From Escherichia coli (lineage in GTDB: Bacteria > Pseudomonadota > Gammaproteobacteria > Enterobacterales > Enterobacteriaceae), in assembly GCF_003018255.1 (NCBI RefSeq), contig NZ_CP027440.1: 64,000 nt of DNA; one strand, given 5' to 3'. Under the pieces are notes generated by a model. The model was given only the letters and a program-made list of their open reading frames with translations. It ran no database searches and had not been told where the DNA came from. Made by a program: the position numbers and the translations under genes. How positions within the stretch are numbered: position 1 is the stretch's first letter; each line of letters opens with the position of its first letter. This document shows, piece after piece, positions 57,281 through 64,000 of this stretch.

Positions 57281-59635
57281 TCACAAAGTGTTTTGATACG
57301 GCAGAATGTTCGAACGCAGCATCTCTTGCGTACCCAGACCGTAGTTGGAGCTCAGGCCGCGAAGTTCGATGTTAAAGCCGATTGCGTTGTCATATACCGC
57401 ATGTTGTTTATCGTTATCCCAACCGTTCAGCTTCCGCTCGTAACCGACGCGAATTGCATAGCAGCAGGAGCTGTATTGCACACCTAACATAGAGTCGGCT
57501 TGCTTGTTCGCATTGGTGTCGTAGTAGTAGGCCCCAACAATTGACCAACGATCGGCAATTGGCCAGCTGGCGACGGCACCTACCTGCGAAATACCATTCT
57601 TATATTGCTCAGCAGTGGAATAGTACTTAGGCAGCGTAGCCTGAATATATTCCGGGCTGGCGTAACGGTAATTCAGCTGTACCAGACGGTCTTCATCCCG
57701 ACGGTATTCAATGCTGGAGTTACTGGTCGCTACGTTATCCAGACGTGTATCGTACTGAATTCCGCCACGCAATCCCCAACGCTCTGAGATACGCCAGTAA
57801 GTATCGCCTGCCCACACCAGTGAGCCCGTTTTGTCGTCATTCTCCCATGTTATGTTGTCATCGCCAGTGCGAGACTCCGTGAAATAGTAGATTTGACCAA
57901 CGGAAATATTAAAACGTTCAACGGCAGCATCATCATATATGCGAGATGTGACACCGGTCGTCACCTGGTTAGCGGAGGCAATACGGTCAAGACCGCCGTA
58001 AGTCCGGTCCCGGAACAGGCCAGAGTAGTCAGATTGCAGCAGAGACGAGTCGTAGTTATAGATGTCGCTCTGATCGCGATACGGCACGTATAAATACTGC
58101 GCGCGCGGTTCCAGCGTTTGGGTATAACCCGGCGCCAGCATTTCCATATCGCGTTCAAAGACCATTTTGCCGTCAACTTTGAATTGCGGCATTACGCGGT
58201 TAACGGATTCGTCCAGCTTGGTTGTGTTTCTGGAGTTATACCAGTCAAGATTAGTTTGCTGATAATGGGTTGCCAGCAACTTCGCTTCGGTATTGATGCT
58301 GCCCCAGTTATTAGAGAGCGGCAAATTGATGGTCGGTTCCAGGTGAACACGGGTTGCTTCAGGCATGTCGTCTCTGGTGTTAACAAAGTGCACTGCCTGG
58401 CCGTAAATGCGTGTATCAAACGGACCAACATCATTCTGGTAGTAGTTAACGTCTAACTGCGGCTCTGCCGAGTAGCTACTGGTGTTCTGCTCGCTGAAGA
58501 CCTGGAACTGCTTGGTTGAAACGGTGGCATTGAAGTTTTGCACCGCATAGCCAACGCTGAATTTTTGCGTTGCGTAGCCGTCAGTACTGGAACCGTACTT
58601 GTTATCAAAATCATTGAAGTAGCTAGGATCGCTGACCTTGGTGTAGTCGACGTTGAAACGCCACACCTGATCCATGACCCCGGAGTGGTTCCAGTAGAAT
58701 AACCAACGACGTGAACTGTCATCGTTCGGGTGTTCATCTTCATAGACTTTATCTGAAGGCAGATAGTCCAGTTCCATCAAGCCAGCGCCCGCCTGGGAGA
58801 GGTAGCGGAATTCGTTCTCCCACATGATATTGCCACGACGATGCATATAATGCGGCGTGATGGTGGCATCCATATTTGGCGCGATGTTCCAGTAATATGG
58901 CAGGTAGAACTCAAAGTAGTTGGTGGTGGTGTACTTGGCGTTCGGGATCAAGAAACCAGAGCGACGTTTGTCACCCACCGGCAACTGCAAATAGGGGCTA
59001 TAAAAGATCGGTACCGGACCCACCTTAAAGCGGGCGTTCCAGATCTCCGCAACTTGTTCTTCGCGGTCATGAATAATTTCGCTGCCTACCACGCTCCAGG
59101 TGTCAGAACCCGGCAGACAGGAGGTAAAGCTACCGTTATCCAGAATGGTATAGCGGTTTTCGCCACGTTGTTTCATCAGGTCCGCTTTACCGCGACCCTG
59201 GCGACCCACCATCTGGTAATCACCCTCCCAGACGTTGGTATCTTTGGTGTTCAGATTCGCCCAGCCTTTCGGCCCTTTGAGGATCACCTGGTTATCGTCG
59301 TAATGGACATTACCGAGCGCATCAACGGTACGTACCGGCTCTGGTTGTCCTGGCGCCTCTTTTTGATGGAGCTGCACTTCGTCGGCCTGCAGACGGCTGT
59401 TACCCTGCATGATATCCACGCTGCCAGTAAACACGGCGTCATCCGGGTAGTCCCCTTTCGCGTGGTCAGCATTGATAGTCACGGGTAAGTCATTGGTATC
59501 GCCCTGTACCAGAGGACGGTCATAGCTTGGCACGCCCAACATGCACTGTGAGGCGAGGTCGGCTGCCAGTCCCTGTTGACTATAAAGGGCGGTGGCAATC
59601 ATGGTGGCCAGGAGAGTGGGGATACGTTTTTTCAT
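57281..59635 (-). CDS. lptD: LPS-assembly outer membrane protein LptD (Imp/OstA)
   Basis: 784-aa [46 protein letters not shown]... with signal peptide and beta-barrel-rich C-terminus. Confidence 0.98.
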
Positions 59636-59889
59636 ACGTTGATTTTATTGTTCCATCATCGGTAACGTTGCGCGTGACAAACGGTCAGAGACTAACGTAC
59701 TCGTCATCTCTACGCTAGTGTTAATCCTGTCCGAATAGCGTCAGTGGTGTTAGGCACGGCATTGAATGACAGGTATGATAATGCAAATTATAGGCGATGT
59801 CCCACAATTGACCGCAGCCGGAAAACGGTAAAAGCACCTTTATATTGTGGGAGATAGCCCTGATATCCGTGTGTCGATTTGGGGAATAT

Positions 59890-60705
59890 ATGCAGTATTG
59901 GGGAAAAATCATTGGCGTGGCCGTGGCCTTACTGATGGGCGGCGGCTTTTGGGGCGTAGTGTTAGGCCTGTTAATTGGCCATATGTTTGATAAAGCCCGT
60001 AGCCGTAAAATGGCGTGGTTCGCCAACCAGCGTGAGCGTCAGGCGCTGTTTTTTGCCACCACTTTTGAAGTGATGGGGCATTTAACCAAATCCAAAGGTC
60101 GCGTCACGGAGGCTGATATTCATATCGCCAGCCAGTTGATGGACCGAATGAACCTTCATGGCGCTTCCCGTACTGCGGCGCAAAACGCGTTCCGGGTGGG
60201 AAAATCAGACAATTACCCGCTGCGCGAAAAGATGCGCCAGTTTCGCAGTGTCTGCTTTGGTCGTTTTGACTTAATTCGTATGTTTCTGGAGATCCAGATT
60301 CAGGCGGCGTTTGCTGATGGTTCACTGCACCCGAATGAACGGGCTGTGCTGTATGTCATTGCTGAAGAATTAGGGATCTCCCGCGCCCAGTTTGACCAGT
60401 TTTTGCGCATGATGCAGGGCGGTGCACAGTTTGGCGGCGGTTATCAGCAGCAATCTGGCGGTGGTAACTGGCAGCAAGCGCAGCGTGGCCCAACGCTGGA
60501 AGATGCCTGTAATGTGCTGGGCGTGAAGCCGACGGATGATGCGACCACCATCAAACGTGCCTACCGTAAGCTGATGAGTGAACACCATCCCGATAAGCTG
60601 GTGGCGAAAGGTTTGCCGCCTGAGATGATGGAGATGGCGAAGCAAAAAGCGCAGGAAATTCAGCAGGCCTATGAATTGATTAAGCTGCAGAAAGGGTTTA
60701 AATAA
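59890..60705 (+). CDS. djlA: Membrane-anchored DnaJ-like co-chaperone DjlA
   Basis: 271-aa product [36 protein letters not shown]... with C-terminal J-domain (HPD motif in EHHPDKL). Confidence 0.96.
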   Translation: MQYWGKIIGVAVALLMGGGFWGVVLGLLIGHMFDKARSRKMAWFANQRERQALFFATTFEVMGHLTKSKGRVTEADIHIASQLMDRMNLHGASRTAAQNAFRVGKSDNYPLREKMRQFRSVCFGRFDLIRMFLEIQIQAAFADGSLHPNERAVLYVIAEELGISRAQFDQFLRMMQGGAQFGGGYQQQSGGGNWQQAQRGPTLEDACNVLGVKPTDDATTIKRAYRKLMSEHHPDKLVAKGLPPEMMEMAKQKAQEIQQAYELIKLQKGFK

Positions 60706-60713
60706 GTTTCAAC

Positions 60714-60802
60714 GTGTAGGCCTGATAAGACGCGGCCCGCGTCGCATCAGGCAATCGGCGCAAAATTGCCGGATGCGGCGTGAACGCCTTCTCCGGCCTA
60801 CC
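60714..60802. repeat. REP/BIME palindromic unit pair between djlA and rluA
   Basis: GTAGGCCTGATAAGACGCGGCCCGCGTCGCATCAGGC and GCCGGATGCGGCGTGAACGCCTTCTCCGGCCTAC in inverted orientation. Confidence 0.85.
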
Positions 60803-60822
60803 GAACTTCGCCAGCGTGACTA

Positions 60823-61482
60823 TTAAAAATCCGCTGGTGCTTTAAACGTCATACTATTGCCATACGCCGGATGGGTAATCGTCAGCATCTCTGCATGTAG
60901 CAACAAACGTGGTGCCATTGCTCTCGCTTCTGGTGATGCATAAAAACGATCGCCGAGAATCGGATGACCCAGCGCCAGCATATGCACACGCAGCTGATGC
61001 GAACGCCCGGTAATCGGTTTTAACACCACTCTTGCCGTGTTATCCGCCGCATATTCCACCACTTCATACTCCGTCTGCGCAGGTTTACCTGTTTCGTAAC
61101 AGACTTTCTGTTTCGGGCGGTTTGGCCAGTCGCAAATCAGCGGCAGATCCACCAGACCTTCCGCAGGGGATGGATGCCCCCAGACGCGGGCCACATACTG
61201 TTTTTTAGGCTCGCGCTCGCGGAACTGGCGTTTTAACTCCCGCTCCGCGGCTTTGGTCAGCGCCACTACAATCACGCCGCTGGTAGCCATATCCAGACGA
61301 TGCACCGATTCTGCCTGCGGATAATCACGCTGAATGCGCGTCATCACGCTGTCTTTGTGCTCTTCCAGACGACCCGGCACAGACAACAAACCGCTCGGCT
61401 TGTTGACCACCATAATATGGTCATCCTGATACAGGACAACCAGCCAGGGTTCCTGCGGCGGATTGTAGTTTTCCATCCCCAT
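60823..61482 (-). CDS. rluA: 23S rRNA / tRNA pseudouridine synthase RluA
   Basis: 219-aa ORF MGMENYNPPQEPWLVVLYQDDHIMVVNKPSGLLSVPGR...HRLDMATSGVIVVA... (RluA-family catalytic Asp motif). Confidence 0.97.
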   Translation of the reverse strand: MGMENYNPPQEPWLVVLYQDDHIMVVNKPSGLLSVPGRLEEHKDSVMTRIQRDYPQAESVHRLDMATSGVIVVALTKAAERELKRQFREREPKKQYVARVWGHPSPAEGLVDLPLICDWPNRPKQKVCYETGKPAQTEYEVVEYAADNTARVVLKPITGRSHQLRVHMLALGHPILGDRFYASPEARAMAPRLLLHAEMLTITHPAYGNSMTFKAPADF

Positions 61483-61493
61483 CTTCGGCTCCG

Positions 61494-64000
61494 TTACTGA
61501 TGCGTCACAACGATCAAACGCAGGGCATCCAGACGCCAGCCTGCCTGATCCAGGCTTTCCATTACCTGCTGACGGTTGCTCTCAATGGCGGTCAGTTCGT
61601 CGTCACGAATGTTCGGGTTAACTGCACGCAGCGCTTCCAGACGAGACAGCTCGGCAGACAGTTTTTCGTCGGCTTCGTTACGTGCGGCATCAATCAATGC
61701 ACGGGCAGATTTCTCGATCTGCGCTTCCCCCAGCTGAAGGATAGCGTGAACATCCTGCTGCACGGCGTTAACCAGCTTGCTGCCGGTGTGACGGTTAACC
61801 GCGTTAAGCTGGCGGTTAAAGGTTTCAAACTCTACCTGCGCCGCCAGGTTGTTGCCGTTTTTATCCAGCAGCATACGTACCGGCGTCGGTGGCAGGAAGC
61901 GGTTGAGCTGCAACTGCTTCGGAGCCTGGGCTTCAACCACATAAATCAGTTCCACCAACAGCGTACCTACCGGCAACGCTTTGTTTTTCAACAGTGAAAT
62001 CGTGCTGCTACCGGTATCGCCAGAAAGGATCAGATCCAGACCGTTGCGGATCAGCGGATGCTCCCAGGTAATAAACTGTGCATCTTCACGCGCCAGCGCC
62101 ACTTCACGGTCGAAGGTGATGGTGATGCCATCTTCCGACAGGCCAGGGAAGTCCGGCACCAGCATATGATCGGACGGCGTCAGCACGATCATGTTGTCGC
62201 CGCGATCGTCCTGATTGATACCGATAATATCGAACAGGTTCATGGCGAAGGCGATCAGGTTGGTATCGTCATCCTGCTCTTCAATGCTTTCTGCCAGTGC
62301 CTGGGCTTTTTCGCCACCGTTGGAATGGATTTCCAGCAGGCGGTCACGACCTTGTTCCAGCTGTGCTTTCAGCGCTTCATGTTGCTCGCGGCAGTTTTTG
62401 ATCAGATCGTCAAAGCCTTCGGTTTGATCCGGTGAAGCCAGATAGTTAATCAGATCGTTGTATACACTATCGTAAATAGTGCGTCCGGTCGGGCAGGTGT
62501 GCTCGAATGCATCCAGACCTTCGTGATACCAGCGCACCAGCACCGACTGAGCAGTTTTTTCCAGATAAGGCACATGGATCTGAATATCGTGCGCCTGACC
62601 GATACGATCCAGACGACCAATACGCTGCTCCAGCAGATCCGGGTTGAATGGCAGGTCAAACATCACCATGTGGCTGGCGAACTGGAAGTTACGTCCTTCA
62701 GAACCGATTTCCGAGCACAGCAGTACCTGCGCACCGGTGTCTTCTTCAGCAAACCAGGCGGCAGCGCGGTCACGTTCGATAATCGACATGCCTTCGTGGA
62801 ACACAGCAGCGCGGATACCTTCACGTTCGCGCAGTACTTGCTCCAGTTGCAGCGCAGTGGCAGCTTTGGCGCAGATCACCAGCACTTTCTGAGAGCGATG
62901 GCTGGTCAGGTAGCCCATCAGCCATTCAACGCGCGGATCGAAGTTCCACCAGGTGGCGTTATCGCCTTCAAATTCCTGATAAATACGCTCCGGGTAGAGC
63001 ATATCGCGAGCGCGATCTTCCGCACTTTTACGTGCGCCCATAATGCCGGAGACTTTAATAGCGGTCTGATACTGCGTCGGCAGTGGCAGCTTAATAGTAT
63101 GCAGCTCGCGTTTCGGGAAGCCTTTCACACCGTTACGCGTGTTACGGAACAGCACGCGGCTGGTGCCGTGGCGATCCATCAGCATCGAAACCAGTTCCTG
63201 ACGGGCGCTCTGGGCATCTTCGCTGTCGCTGTTTGCTGCTTGCAACAGCGGCTCGATATCCTGCTCGCCGATCATCTCACCGAGCATGTTCAGTTCATCA
63301 TTGCTCAGTTTGTTACCTGCCAGCAGCATGGCAACGGCGTCCGCAACCGGACGATAATTTTTCTGCTCTTCAACGAATTGCGCAAAATCGTGGAAACGGT
63401 TCGGGTCCAGCAGACGCAGACGGGCGAAGTGGCTTTCCATCCCCAGCTGTTCCGGGGTTGCGGTCAGCAGCAGAACGCCCGGCACGTGCTCTGCCAGTTG
63501 TTCAATGGCCTGATATTCGCGGCTCGGCGCATCTTCGCTCCACACCAGGTGATGGGCTTCATCGACCACCAGCAGATCCCATTCGGCTTCACAGAGATGT
63601 TCCAGACGCTGTTTGCTACGACGAGCAAAATCCAGCGAGCAAATCACCAGCTGTTCGGTATCGAACGGGTTGTAAGCATCGTGCTGAGCTTCGGCATAAC
63701 GCTCATCATCAAACAGAGCAAAGCGCAGGTTGAAACGGCGCAGCATTTCTACCAGCCACTGATGCTGTAAGGTTTCCGGGACGATAATCAGCACACGTTC
63801 AGCAGCGCCAGAGAGCAGTTGCTGATGCAGGATCATCCCGGCTTCAATGGTTTTCCCTAAACCCACTTCGTCAGCCAGCAGGACGCGCGGCGCGTGGCGG
63901 CGGCCAACATCATGAGCGATGTTGAGCTGGTGCGGGATCAGGCTGGTACGCTGACCGCGCAGGCCGCTGTACGGCATACGGAACTGTTCGCTGGAATACT
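61494..64000 (-). CDS. rapA: RNA polymerase-associated SWI2/SNF2 ATPase RapA (HepA), C-terminal ~835 codons (5' end beyond window edge)
   Basis: Minus-strand ORF running to the window edge with helicase motifs ([11 protein letters not shown] Walker A; DEAH box LVVDEAHHL); the ATG at 63977 is internal and the true start lies off-window. Confidence 0.95.

Overview
This window is a contiguous stretch of Escherichia coli chromosome, recognised by reading the ORF translations and intergenic sequence against what I recall of the K-12 MG1655 reference (no search was run). It spans the point the K-12 reference uses as coordinate 1 (window ~5072): creB (3' end), creC, creD, arcA, yjjY and lasT, then thrLABC, yaaX, yaaA, yaaJ, talB, mog, satP, yaaW, yaaI, dnaK-dnaJ, hokC/mokC/sokC, nhaA-nhaR, rpsT, yaaY, ribF-ileS-lspA-fkpB-ispH, rihC, dapB, carAB, caiF, caiTABCDE, fixABCX, yaaU, kefFC, folA, apaH-apaG-rsmA-pdxA-surA-lptD, djlA, rluA and the 3' portion of rapA. 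Gene order, lengths and almost all spacings match K-12, so every substantial ORF is accounted for by a well-characterised core gene. I found no CRISPR array, no IS element or transposase, no prophage or integrase, and no unexplained gene cluster; I do not see evidence for a previously undescribed system and will not invent one. The sequence is not identical to MG1655: it lacks the K-12 IS186 between dnaJ and hokC and the IS1 between nhaR and rpsT, and shows several small intergenic indels (yaaX-yaaA, lspA-fkpB, caiF-caiE, djlA-rluA, and 1 bp in the thr attenuator T-tract). The most interesting consequence is an uninterrupted hokC/mokC/sokC type I toxin-antitoxin locus with an empty IS186 target site. 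All K-12 comparisons are from memory and should be confirmed by alignment.
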